The notes under the pieces were generated by a model. The model worked only from the letters and a program-made list of their open reading frames with translations. It was not told the DNA's origin and did no database searches. This document shows positions 40,244 through 49,372 of a stretch of 64,000 bases of DNA, in pieces. The DNA lies in contig JANNXQ010000195.1 in NCBI GenBank assembly GCA_031409655.1, positions 1 through 64,000 of the forward strand, written 5' to 3'. The stretch's first letter is position 1. Every line of letters starts with the position of its first letter. The translations under genes and the position numbers were made by a program. The DNA is from Chthoniobacteraceae bacterium (lineage in GTDB: Bacteria; Verrucomicrobiota; Verrucomicrobiia; Chthoniobacterales; Chthoniobacteraceae).

Positions 40244-41514
40244 TGGAAACCGAAAGTCAGCAGGGTGAGATCATCGTGCGGATCGACATCGCCGCGGTGC
40301 TTGAGTTCGCCGTCGGTGAGCGTGCGGATCACTTCCACGGCGCTGGGGAAGGGTCGGCCGAGGAGCGCGGCCACGCCGCTGGCGTCGAGCGATTCGTCCT
40401 TCGCGTTGAAGGATTCGACGAGCCCATCGGTGTAAAGGACGAGCCATTCTCCTTTGGCCAGGGTGATGGCGTGCGGACGGCTGAGCAGCTCGGGCAAAAG
40501 GCCCAGCGGGGGCGAACCGGGGATGGCGATCTCGGTAACCGTGCCATCGGCCCGCGCGATGAAAGGGTGGCAGTGACCCGCGCTGCAGAGCTCGACGTGC
40601 CGGGTGGAGAGCGTGATCCGCCCGACGATGGCGGTGATGAACATGCCGCGCACGGTGTGCCCGGTGAGCATTGCATTCCACCGCGCGATGGCGGCCACTG
40701 GCGAGATGCCCGGCTTCACGATGAGCCGGAGCATGCTCAGCGCCTGCGCCATGAGGAGCGCGGCGGGCATGCCTTTCCCCGAGACGTCGCCGATTACAAA
40801 ATGGATCTCGTTCGGCCCGGCCTCCAGGACATCGAAGAAATCGCCGCCCACATTATTTGCCGGGCGATAGGTGGACGCAAAGCTCAGGTGCGGATGCTGG
40901 GGGAGCGACTGCGGGAGGAAGCTCGACTGGATCTCCCGGGCAAAAGCGAACTCCTGCGCCACGCGGTCCTGTTCCCGCTGGCGTTCGATGGTCCGCAGCT
41001 TCTCGATGGCCGTGGCGGCCAGATTTCCGTAGGCCGCAAAGACTTCGAGATCCTCTGGTTGAAAGGCTTCGCGCCCAATCGGGTTGAGCACCTGGAGCAC
41101 GCCGATTTCCTTGGAGTCGCGCCGCAGCGGCACACACAGGATCGACCGTGTGCGAAAGCCCGTGATTTGATCCGCCTCCTGATAAAAGCGCGGATCGGCG
41201 TAAGCATCCGGGACCAGCAAGGACTGCCCGTGCTCCAGCACCCAGCCGGAAATGCCGCGTCCGCGCGGCACGATGAGGGTCTCCCCCGACCGCCCTTCGG
41301 CGGCGGCTCCGCTGGCGCAGGCCAGTTCCAGATCCGCCGATGGAGTGACGAGGAAAAGGGACGCCGCCTCGACTTCCAAAACGCGCCGCGCCACGGCGAG
41401 GATCGCGGGCAGCAGCTCGCTGGATTCCGTGATTGCGTTGATCAGCGCGCTCACTTCCACAAGCCCTTTGTAGAGGGTGAGCTGACGCTGGAGGTCGGAG
41501 AGATCGGCGGGCAT
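40240..41514 (-). CDS. GAF + PP2C (SpoIIE/RsbU-like) phosphatase
   Basis: GAF (VPDAYADPRF), VGGDFFD, GDVSGKG, SAGH, YTDGL, DDLT. Confidence 0.93.
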   Translation of the reverse strand: MPADLSDLQRQLTLYKGLVEVSALINAITESSELLPAILAVARRVLEVEAASLFLVTPSADLELACASGAAAEGRSGETLIVPRGRGISGWVLEHGQSLLVPDAYADPRFYQEADQITGFRTRSILCVPLRRDSKEIGVLQVLNPIGREAFQPEDLEVFAAYGNLAATAIEKLRTIERQREQDRVAQEFAFAREIQSSFLPQSLPQHPHLSFASTYRPANNVGGDFFDVLEAGPNEIHFVIGDVSGKGMPAALLMAQALSMLRLIVKPGISPVAAIARWNAMLTGHTVRGMFITAIVGRITLSTRHVELCSAGHCHPFIARADGTVTEIAIPGSPPLGLLPELLSRPHAITLAKGEWLVLYTDGLVESFNAKDESLDASGVAALLGRPFPSAVEVIRTLTDGELKHRGDVDPHDDLTLLTFGFQ

Positions 41515-41678
41515 CAGGAGCGGAGTGTAGCGAGTGGAGTGGGGGAGTAAAGGCGGGTGGCGCGTGGTGAAATTCCCGGAGGTGAGATCACGGTTGAGAG
41601 TTGAGAGCGGCGCGCGCAGAATGGAAAACGCGCGTCGGAAATTCCGCGCCGCGCCCTTTTCCACCATCCCATCCCGCT

Positions 41679-42590
41679 GTGCAATATAAGGACTACTACG
41701 CAACTCTCGGCGTGCCAAAGACGGCCACGCCGGACGAAATCCGCAAAGCTTTCCGCAAACTTGCGCGCCAGCATCACCCCGACGTTGCCAAGGATAAGAA
41801 GAGCGCGGAGGCGAAATTTAAGGAGATCAACGAGGCCAATGAAGTCCTCAGCGACCCCGAGAAGCGGGAGAAATACGACACCCTCGGCGCGGATTGGGAA
41901 CAAGGTGGCCGCCGGCCGCCGCCGCCTGGACGCGGTGGGCGTGGCGGGGGGGAAGAGTTCAGTTTTGGCGGCACCGGCTTCAGCGATTTCTTCGAGCAAT
42001 TCTTTGCCGGCGGAGCACCGCGCGGGCGGGCCGGTGGCGGTGGCTTTGGCTTTCCGGAGGAGCCGGAAGCGAGTGGCGATGTGGAGGCGGATCTGCTCGT
42101 GAGCATTGAGGAGGCGCTCCATGGATCGAAAAAGAAAATCTCCCTGCGTCGGAGCGGCGCCGCGAAGGTCGAAAACTATGAAGTGCGCATCCCGCAAGGC
42201 GTGCGCCCCGGGCAACGCATCCGCCTCGCTGGCCAGGGTGAGGCCGCGGGCGCTCGCCGCCCCGCGGGCGATCTCTACCTGCGCGTCCGCTTCGAGCAGC
42301 ACCCGGACTATCGCGTCGATGGCAGCGACATCCTCTCCGAGATCGAACTGCCGGCCGCGCGTCTCGTGCTCGGGGGCGAAGTGGAAGCGCCAACCCCGGA
42401 AGGTTCCGTGCGCTTGAAAATTCCGCCCGGCACCCAACCCGGCCGCAAGTTTCGCCTGAAGGCCCGCGGCATGTTCACGAGCGCGACCGTGCGGGGTGAT
42501 CTCTACATTCAGGTGACGGCCATGCTCCCGACTACGCTCTCCGACGAAGAGCGCAAACTCTGGGAAGCTCTGGCCCGGCTGCATCCCTGA
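41679..42590 (+). CDS. DnaJ-class co-chaperone without zinc finger (CbpA-like)
   Basis: DYYATLGV, HPD, G/F-rich linker, C-terminal domains; GTG start. Confidence 0.92.
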   Translation: MQYKDYYATLGVPKTATPDEIRKAFRKLARQHHPDVAKDKKSAEAKFKEINEANEVLSDPEKREKYDTLGADWEQGGRRPPPPGRGGRGGGEEFSFGGTGFSDFFEQFFAGGAPRGRAGGGGFGFPEEPEASGDVEADLLVSIEEALHGSKKKISLRRSGAAKVENYEVRIPQGVRPGQRIRLAGQGEAAGARRPAGDLYLRVRFEQHPDYRVDGSDILSEIELPAARLVLGGEVEAPTPEGSVRLKIPPGTQPGRKFRLKARGMFTSATVRGDLYIQVTAMLPTTLSDEERKLWEALARLHP

Positions 42591-42599
42591 TGCCGGGGG

Positions 42600-42672
42600 A
42601 GGCGGGGGCAGGATTCGAACCTGCGATACGGAGTTTTGCAGACCCCGGCCTTACCGGCTTGGCTACCCCGTC
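42600..42672 (-). tRNA. tRNA-Cys(GCA), copy with an A2:C71 mismatch; CCA not encoded
   Basis: Minus strand GACGGGG-TA-GCC-AAGCCGGTAA-GGC-C-GGGGT-CTGCAAA-ACTCC-GTATC-GCAGG-TTCGAAT-CCTGC-CCCCGCC-T. Confidence 0.88.
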
Positions 42673-42760
42673 TTTTACCGACGCCTAGACAAGTGAGCAA
42701 ACCGCGGGCCAAGCCAGGCGAGTGCCCGGGAGGCCACGTTTCCGCTCGCGTGGCAAGGGG

Positions 42761-42832
42761 AGGCGGGGGGGGGAATCGAACCCCCGGATAGGGGTTTTGC
42801 AGACCCCGGCCTTACCACTTGGCTACCCCGCC
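42761..42832 (-). tRNA. tRNA-Cys(GCA), canonical copy; CCA not encoded
   Basis: Minus strand GGCGGGG-TA-GCC-AAGTGGTAA-GGC-C-GGGGT-CTGCAAA-ACCCC-TATCC-GGGGG-TTCGATT-CCCCC-CCCCGCC-T. Confidence 0.94.
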
Positions 42833-42849
42833 GTGCTTTGAGGACGCGG

Positions 42850-42878
42850 AAGATGGGTGAGGAAATGCCAAAGCGCAA
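42850..42878 (-). promoter_or_regulatory. Possible sigma-70 promoter for the tRNA pair
   Basis: TTGCGC-N17-CATCTT just upstream of the first tRNA. Confidence 0.4.
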
Positions 42879-42927
42879 GTGTCGCGGTGGATTTCCGCGC
42901 GGAAAAATCCGCCCCGAAATCGCTACC

Positions 42928-43623
42928 TCAATACACCACCAGAAACGGCGCGGGAACGAGCTTCACGCGGGCGTCTCGTTCCAGGTTTCCTTCGCTCAGT
43001 TCCAGCGCGGAGACGAGGTTGTTGTGAAAGCTCACGGACAACTTTCCCGAAGGCACCTTCACGTAAATAATGCTCTGGACGAGGCGGCCGGTGCGGTCGT
43101 AGCCAGTGACCTCCTGCGGCACGCGTTCGTAGCGGATGAACTCCCACGTCTCGTCGCGGCCTTGGGCGTCGAGGCGCGAGGATTTCTTGCCCGGTTTGCC
43201 GAGGGCGCGAGAGACTTCCTCGGGCGTCATATTGATGGCTGCTTCATTTTTTGCGATCAGCACATCGACCTCGGTCTTCCGCGCGGCGTTCTGCTGCACG
43301 CTTTCGATGAATTCCCGCTTCAGCGGGCTGAGAAACTTCGGGTCCACCCAGCCCGCGACCTGCCCCTGGCGCGCAGCCCCGCGCACTCGATACGCGCCGT
43401 CCGAGATGGCTTGCAGCTCCACGAGCTGGCCGCGCTTCAGCGTCCCGAGGTAGCGCTCCAGATCGATCTTGTAGAAGATTTGCGCGTCGGCGGTGATCGC
43501 GAGTTTCACGGGCCGCGGGATCAAGTCCTCGAGATAGACGGCACCTTCCTCGCGGATGACGGCACCGGAGGGCGCGGCGGCGGCGGGGAGCAGGAGGAAG
43601 AGCAGAAAAGCGAGGGCTTTCAC
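42928..43623 (-). CDS. Exported hypothetical protein (SH3-like plus SmpA/OmlA-like segments)
   Basis: GTG start, signal peptide KALAFLLFLLLPAAAA, GQVAGWV, NMTPEEVSRALGKP...ETWEF. Confidence 0.72.
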   Translation of the reverse strand: MKALAFLLFLLLPAAAAPSGAVIREEGAVYLEDLIPRPVKLAITADAQIFYKIDLERYLGTLKRGQLVELQAISDGAYRVRGAARQGQVAGWVDPKFLSPLKREFIESVQQNAARKTEVDVLIAKNEAAINMTPEEVSRALGKPGKKSSRLDAQGRDETWEFIRYERVPQEVTGYDRTGRLVQSIIYVKVPSGKLSVSFHNNLVSALELSEGNLERDARVKLVPAPFLVVY

Positions 43624-43726
43624 GGGGCGAATGTGGCGCGAAGTGGTCGGGAGGGAAATCGCTTTCTGCCGCGGGCCAGGGGAGCGTGGCGCTTGGACGG
43701 GCGCCGCGGGTTTTCTCTTCGACGAA

Positions 43727-43810
43727 AGTTCGATGTTCAATTTTCGCCGGGGAGTGTTCGATGTTCGTAACGCTCCTCGCGTAGCAGACACCGAACCTCG
43801 AATCTTGAAC
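43727..43810. repeat. Degenerate ATGTTCG/CGAACNT heptamer element
   Basis: aagttcg-atgttca...gtgttcg-atgttcg ... cgaacct-cgaatct-tgaac; same unit as 15532-15628, and again at 48284-48304. Confidence 0.6.
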
Positions 43811-43812
43811 CC

Positions 43813-45096
43813 ATGAACGCCCGCCCGCTCTCTCACGAACTTTTCACCGAAGCCCGTCGCTACATCCCCGGCGGCGTGAATTCCCCCGTCCGCGCCTTTC
43901 GCTCCGTGGGTGGCGAACCCTTCTTCGTCGAGCGCGCGAGTGGCGCGCACATCTGGGATGTCGATGGCCGCGAACTCATCGACTACGTGGGCACCTGGGG
44001 CCCGGCCATTCTCGGGCATGCGCCCAAGGTCATCCGCGACGCCATCACCGCCGCCGCGGAGAAAGGCGTGAGCTTTGGCATCCCGAATCCCCTCGAAGTC
44101 CAGATGGCGCGCACCATCTGCGAGTGGGTGCCGAGCGTGCAGAAAGTGCGCATGGTGAATAGCGGCACCGAGGCCACGATGTCCTGCATCCGCCTGGCGC
44201 GCGGTTTCACGGGGCGCGATCGCGTGGTAAAATTTGAAGGCTGCTACCACGGCCACGTCGATTCGCTGCTCGTGAAAGCTGGCTCGGGCGCGCTGACCCA
44301 CGGCCAGCCAGACTCCGCTGGCGTCCCCGGCGCGTTGGCTGCCCTCACCACCACGCTGCCTTTCAATGACCCCGACGCCCTCCGCGCCGTCTTTGCCGCC
44401 GAAGGCCGCGAGATCGCCTGCGTCATCGTCGAAGCCGTGCCCGCCAATGCCGGCCTCTACCTCCCTCGCCCTGGCTTTCACGAGCTCCTCCGCGCACTCT
44501 GCACCCAGCACGGTGCCCTGCTCATTTTCGACGAAGTGATGACCGGCTTCCGGCTCGCCCGCGGCGGCTACCAGCAGCTCTGCGACATCGTCCCGGACCT
44601 CTCCGCCTTTGGTAAAGTCATCGGGGGCGGGCTGCCCGTCGGCGCTTTCGGGGGCCGCGCCGAGATCATGGACCAGCTCTCGCCCGACGGCCCCGTCTAT
44701 CAAGCCGGCACGCTCAGCGGAAATCCGCTCGCCATGGCCGCCGGCCTCGCCCAGCTCCGCGAACTCGACCGGCTCGACGGCTGGTCAAAGCTCGACGAAA
44801 TCGGCGCCGCTTTTGAAGACGCCACTCGCGCCGCGCTCCGCCGCACTGGCCGCGACTACTGTTTCCAGCGCATCGGCTCCATGTTCTGCCTCTATTTCAC
44901 CAGCGGCCAGGTCCACAATCTTGCCGACGCCCAGCGTGCCGATCGCCCCGCTTTCAATGCCTTCTTCCACCACTGCCTCGACGCCGGCGTTTACTTCGCC
45001 CCCTCGCAATTCGAGGCCGGCTTCCTCAGCCTCGCGCACACTTCGGCAGACTTGGAAAGGACCGCCGAGATCGTCGTCCAGGCACTTGCTGCTTGA
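43813..45096 (+). CDS. hemL: Glutamate-1-semialdehyde 2,1-aminomutase
   Basis: PGGVNSPVRAF, NSGTEA, GCYHGH, FDEVMTGFR, GKVIGGG, QAGTLSGNP. Confidence 0.97.
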   Translation: MNARPLSHELFTEARRYIPGGVNSPVRAFRSVGGEPFFVERASGAHIWDVDGRELIDYVGTWGPAILGHAPKVIRDAITAAAEKGVSFGIPNPLEVQMARTICEWVPSVQKVRMVNSGTEATMSCIRLARGFTGRDRVVKFEGCYHGHVDSLLVKAGSGALTHGQPDSAGVPGALAALTTTLPFNDPDALRAVFAAEGREIACVIVEAVPANAGLYLPRPGFHELLRALCTQHGALLIFDEVMTGFRLARGGYQQLCDIVPDLSAFGKVIGGGLPVGAFGGRAEIMDQLSPDGPVYQAGTLSGNPLAMAAGLAQLRELDRLDGWSKLDEIGAAFEDATRAALRRTGRDYCFQRIGSMFCLYFTSGQVHNLADAQRADRPAFNAFFHHCLDAGVYFAPSQFEAGFLSLAHTSADLERTAEIVVQALAA

Positions 45097-45133
45097 GGGA
45101 AAGCAGACCCGGCCAACGGATTTACGGCGACTC

Positions 45134-45892
45134 CTACCCGGAGAAGTTCACCGTCGAGGTCCAGCCCGGCACCGAGGTGAGGGTTTTCTGGTCGAGAGAC
45201 CGGCGTGCGGCCCAGCGCACCTCCCGCGGGTGCAGGTGGTCGCAGCCCGTCTCCTGGAGCAGATAGCCGCGGGCGGTCGGGATCGGGTCGTCGCCGCAGC
45301 GCGGCACCATCACCGAGGCTTGGGCAAAGGCCGCCGGGGAAAGCACCCGTAGATTGGGCGGCCCTTCGGCAAAACGGGTGGCCTCCTCCGGCGTCTCAGG
45401 CCCGGTGCGCCCGTAGTCATTGTCGGAGACGAGCCACGCCTCGAGTTCGCAGGCAAAGTGGATTCCATCACGGGTGCCAAAGCGCAGGATGAAATCTTCG
45501 CCAGTCCACGAGGAAAACTCGAGGGTCTCGACCTCGCCGTCGGGTTTCCGGCGGATCTCGTGGACGCGCGCCGTGATCACCGCGCGGGCCAGTCGGCCGT
45601 AGTCCGTGATGGATTCATGGGCGTCCTGCCAGGCCGGGTCCGAGCGCACTTCGTAGCCCGAAAAACGGCGCCAATCCTTTTCCCGAAAGTGCAGTTCGGA
45701 GATCTCGATCGCCAGGGCCCGGTAGTATCGAAAGGGCCCCGATGGCAAATCCTTCTCGTGGATCGAATGATCCAGGCGCAGGCTCCACGACGGCCGCTGG
45801 CCGCAGGTATCCAGGGGCCAGAGCAGCACCGAGAGATCTGCCTCGTCCGTGGTGGTCGGCCAGGTTTCGCCGCGCCATTCTACCCAGCTCAT
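45134..45892 (-). CDS. Hypothetical protein, distant paralog of 45896-46651
   Basis: 252-aa ORF coupled to the upstream gene; shared motif order (see findings). Confidence 0.7.
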   Translation of the reverse strand: MSWVEWRGETWPTTTDEADLSVLLWPLDTCGQRPSWSLRLDHSIHEKDLPSGPFRYYRALAIEISELHFREKDWRRFSGYEVRSDPAWQDAHESITDYGRLARAVITARVHEIRRKPDGEVETLEFSSWTGEDFILRFGTRDGIHFACELEAWLVSDNDYGRTGPETPEEATRFAEGPPNLRVLSPAAFAQASVMVPRCGDDPIPTARGYLLQETGCDHLHPREVRWAARRSLDQKTLTSVPGWTSTVNFSG

Positions 45893-45895
45893 CGT

Positions 45896-46651
45896 CTAGT
45901 TCTCGTAGTAGCCATTGAAGTGGAGGAGCACATACAGGTCGTTGTGCAGCGATTCGCCCGATTTGTCGTACTTGGAAAAGTCGGTCATCTCGAAGTGCTC
46001 GGGCTGGTTCACGCCGATGAGCGCCTGCGCCCGGGCCAGCGCATATTGCTCCGGATCTTTCGCATTTCGCGGCACCCGCACCGTCACGGTCCCGAAGGGC
46101 ACCGGTTCGATGAGATAGACCTGCGCATTCGCTTTCCAAAATTCCGCCTCCGGCTCCGCGCGCTCCTCGGTGCCGTCGGTGGCCACGACCACCGGTTGCT
46201 GGTCAAAAGCATCATGGAGACTCTGCCCATCCGCAAAGCCGGCCAGTTCGATATTGAAGAAGCGCCCCTCGCGCTCGATCACCCGCCAAGTGAAGGCACT
46301 GGAGAGCGTCGTCGAATCACCGTCATCGTCCTCCGCAGGCTTGAAGTGTACATCGACCGACCCGCAATGGCCGATCGACGAGACTTCCTCCTCGTCGTCC
46401 TCGACGTTCCAGAAGTTGAGCTTTTCGAGATCTTTCCAAGTGCGTTCCGGCGCCCGAAAGCCGGAGAGCGACAACGAAAAGCTCGCGCGTTTCCAAACTG
46501 GCACCCGCCGCCACTGGGCACCCCCGGCCACGTATTCGAGTTCCAGTTCCCAATGCACATCCTTCCGCTCCCGATCCTTCGGCCCGATCATGGCGCTGAT
46601 CCGCGTGGAGCCACGATTGCAGAGCCAATGGTAGTCGAGGAAGTAGAGCAT
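45896..46651 (-). CDS. Hypothetical protein, distant paralog of 45134-45892
   Basis: 251-aa acidic, Trp-rich ORF. Confidence 0.72.
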   Translation of the reverse strand: MLYFLDYHWLCNRGSTRISAMIGPKDRERKDVHWELELEYVAGGAQWRRVPVWKRASFSLSLSGFRAPERTWKDLEKLNFWNVEDDEEEVSSIGHCGSVDVHFKPAEDDDGDSTTLSSAFTWRVIEREGRFFNIELAGFADGQSLHDAFDQQPVVVATDGTEERAEPEAEFWKANAQVYLIEPVPFGTVTVRVPRNAKDPEQYALARAQALIGVNQPEHFEMTDFSKYDKSGESLHNDLYVLLHFNGYYEN

Positions 46652-46680
46652 TTAGAGGAGCACTGGTGCGTCCGACTGGT

Positions 46681-47160
46681 TCAGCCCTGCACCTTCTTCG
46701 CCACGTCCACGATCGCGCTATTCAGCGCCTCGAAGCTGAATGGCTTCGTCAGCACCGTGGCATCCACGCGCTGAAAGAAACTCTGCACCTTCGGATCATT
46801 CCGATGCCCCGTGACGAAAAGAAAACGCCGCCGCGCCGCCGGCCGGATCCGGGTCACCGCCCAGTAAAACATCTCCCCATCCACCTGCGGCATCATCATA
46901 TCGCAGATGATGAGATCAAAGGGCTCGGTCAAGATCTCCTTGAGCCCCTCGGCCCCATTGGTCACCGAGGTGACCTTGAAAAAGCGCGATTCCAGATAGT
47001 CTCCGATGGCCTGGCGAAAGTCGTCATCGTCATCGAGCAGGAGCACGCGTTGCGTTGCGATCTTTTGCGGCGCGGGCTTCTCGACCAGCGCCTTCGCCGG
47101 CGCGACTTCGGACTCAGGATCGATGCAGAGAATATCGGGGGAATCGGAGGAGTATTTCAT
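46681..47160 (-). CDS. Single-domain response regulator
   Basis: VLLLDDD, DLIICDMMMPQVDG, FVTG, LTKPF. Confidence 0.9.
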   Translation of the reverse strand: MKYSSDSPDILCIDPESEVAPAKALVEKPAPQKIATQRVLLLDDDDDFRQAIGDYLESRFFKVTSVTNGAEGLKEILTEPFDLIICDMMMPQVDGEMFYWAVTRIRPAARRRFLFVTGHRNDPKVQSFFQRVDATVLTKPFSFEALNSAIVDVAKKVQG

Positions 47161-47188
47161 GATGGGGCATTTGGTTGGCTTTGAGAGC

Positions 47189-47204
47189 AGCAGCGCCGGT
47201 GCCA
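47189..47204 (-). promoter_or_regulatory. Putative sigma-54 promoter
   Basis: Minus strand TGGCACCGGCGCTGCT (GG-N10-GC), about 30 nt upstream of the ATG at 47160. Confidence 0.55.
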
Positions 47205-47320
47205 CGCTCGCAACATCTCACCGGGCGCGATCCTCCATCCACAGACTCGCGCTTGCGATCCGCGTCACCTGCGTGACGCTATTTCATGGTGGTGCAGGAA
47301 ACCTGGCAGCGCGGCCTCGA

Positions 47321-48211
47321 TCACCCGACCACATTTCCCGCCGGTTGCTTGCGGGTGCAGAAGTAGAAGGCCAGAGCGAAGAGGATGAGCAGGGTCATCC
47401 CGAGGGCCGAGCCAAAGGGCCAGTCGCGGGCGCTGAGGAATTGATCCTGGATCACTTCGCCGATGGTCGGTTCGCGACCGCCACCCATCAGTTGGGTGAT
47501 GGCAAACATGCCAATCGCCGGGATGAAGACGAGCAGGGTGCCGGCGATGATGCCGGGGCGGGTGAGGGGGACAATGACACTTTGAAAAGCGCGCAGCGGA
47601 CCCGCGCCGAGATCGAAGGCGGCTTCGACGAGGGAGTTGTCGAGTTTTTCCACGCTGCCATAGACCGGCAGGATCATGAAAGGCAGGTAGGAGTAAATGA
47701 GACCGAGGACGACGGCGCCGGGCGTGTAGAGCATCTCCCAAGGCTCGCTGATCAGCCGCGTGTATTGGGCAAAACCGTTGAGCAGGCCGTTATTGCTGAG
47801 GATGATGATCCACGCGTAGGTGCGGATGAGGAAACTCGTCCAGAAGGGGATCATCACGAGCATCAGCAGGAGATTGCGCCGCTTCTCCGGAGCCCGCCCG
47901 ATGAACCACGCGACGGGATAGCCGACGATAATGCAGACGATCGTCGTGATCGCGGCATAGAGCACCGAACGCCAGAGCACTCGGATGTAGATGGGATCGA
48001 AAACGCGCCGGTAATTTTCCCACGAGAAATCGTAAACGATCTGCCCGAGTTCATCCCGCTGGCAGAAGCTATAGACGGCCAGGATGGCGGTGGGTGCGAC
48101 GACGAAGGCGAAGAGCCAGACGAGCATTGGTGCCATCACCAGCCAGCCGAACAAGCCAGGTCGGCGCGTCGCTGGCTCGAAGTTCTGGGCGATGGGAGCG
48201 AGGCCAGCCAT
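47321..48211 (-). CDS. Polyamine ABC transporter permease (PotB-like)
   Basis: GYPVA, PFWTSFLIRTYAW, YLPFMILP, EAAFDLGA, DWPFGSA. Confidence 0.92.
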   Translation of the reverse strand: MAGLAPIAQNFEPATRRPGLFGWLVMAPMLVWLFAFVVAPTAILAVYSFCQRDELGQIVYDFSWENYRRVFDPIYIRVLWRSVLYAAITTIVCIIVGYPVAWFIGRAPEKRRNLLLMLVMIPFWTSFLIRTYAWIIILSNNGLLNGFAQYTRLISEPWEMLYTPGAVVLGLIYSYLPFMILPVYGSVEKLDNSLVEAAFDLGAGPLRAFQSVIVPLTRPGIIAGTLLVFIPAIGMFAITQLMGGGREPTIGEVIQDQFLSARDWPFGSALGMTLLILFALAFYFCTRKQPAGNVVG

Positions 48212-48318
48212 GGGTCAGGCGAGTCGGCGAAACCTGGAGTCGTTGCGAGCGAACGCCGAAATCCCAGCAGCGGGCCCCGAATCAGAGTTCAATGTTCGAT
48301 GTTCCTCAAAGGTGCGTC

Positions 48319-49356
48319 TTATTTACCGCCCTTCATATCCGTCACCAACTTATCGATGTCCGACGCCACCTTCCCGATGTCGCGGAAGGTTTCGAGTTTC
48401 GGCTCGCCGGGCGGGTAGCTTGCAGGATTCGAGAGTTCGGCAGTGCCAAGGAGCTTGCGGCCTTCGACGTTCGGATTCGTGTAAGGGAAGTCGGCGGAGA
48501 TCTTCACGCTGACTTCAGGCCTAAGGACGTAGTCGATGAATTTCTCGGCGTTCTCCTTATTCGGTGCGCCCTTGGGAACGGCCAGGCTGTCGATGAATTG
48601 ATGGGCGCCTTCTTTCGGCAGCACGTATTGGAATTTCTTGTCTTCCTTCCAAAGGATCGCGGCCTCGCCGCTCCAGACCAGCCCCACATTCACATCACCA
48701 TTGAGCAGTGCGGTCTTCGGACTATCCGAATCATAGACCTTCACCTGCGGGAGCCATTGCTTGAGGATGGGTTTCACCTTTTCGAGGTTCTCCGGGGTAA
48801 CGTCGTTGGCCCCGATGCCGAGGGTGGCCAAGGCCCAGGTGACGATCTCTCGGGCGTCTTTCAGGACGACGATGCGCCCCTTGTGCTTTCCGGAAAAGAC
48901 ATCCGCATAACCTTCGACCGGCTCTTTCACTTTTGCCGTATTCACCACGATGCCGACGGTGCCGACCATCCACGGCACGGTGTATTTCCCATCGGGATCG
49001 TGGGCCAGCTTCATATATTTCGGGTCAATATTCCTGGCATTGGGAATGTTGGCGAAGTTGAGTTCCTCGAGTTTCCCGGCTTTGACCAAGGCTTCGATGG
49101 TGTACTCCGAAGGTTGCACCAGGTCATACTTGGCCGCGCCGCCGAGGAGCTTCGAGAGCATCTCTTCGTTGGAGGCGTAGTTTTCCACGTTGACCTTGAT
49201 CCCGGTCTCTTTCTCAAAGCCCTTGATCACGGATTCCGGGACATATTCGGACCAACAAAATAAGTTGAGGACCGACTTCTTTTTCGGGGCTGCCGAGGCC
49301 GTGATGGTGATGGCGCAGACGAGTGCGGTGATGAGGAGATGGCGGATGGTTTTCAT
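48319..49356 (-). CDS. Polyamine ABC transporter substrate-binding protein (PotD/PotF-like)
   Basis: Signal peptide, WSEY, FEKETGIKV, YDLVQPSEY, WSGEA, PKEGA. Confidence 0.92.
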   Translation of the reverse strand: MKTIRHLLITALVCAITITASAAPKKKSVLNLFCWSEYVPESVIKGFEKETGIKVNVENYASNEEMLSKLLGGAAKYDLVQPSEYTIEALVKAGKLEELNFANIPNARNIDPKYMKLAHDPDGKYTVPWMVGTVGIVVNTAKVKEPVEGYADVFSGKHKGRIVVLKDAREIVTWALATLGIGANDVTPENLEKVKPILKQWLPQVKVYDSDSPKTALLNGDVNVGLVWSGEAAILWKEDKKFQYVLPKEGAHQFIDSLAVPKGAPNKENAEKFIDYVLRPEVSVKISADFPYTNPNVEGRKLLGTAELSNPASYPPGEPKLETFRDIGKVASDIDKLVTDMKGGK

Positions 49357-49372
49357 AAGTTAGATGAGTTGC

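Noticed and set aside
42590..42930. tRNA-Cys pair as an attL/attR integration scar
   Set aside because: Both copies are full length, only about 90 nt apart and differ in the T-arm; no integrase nearby.
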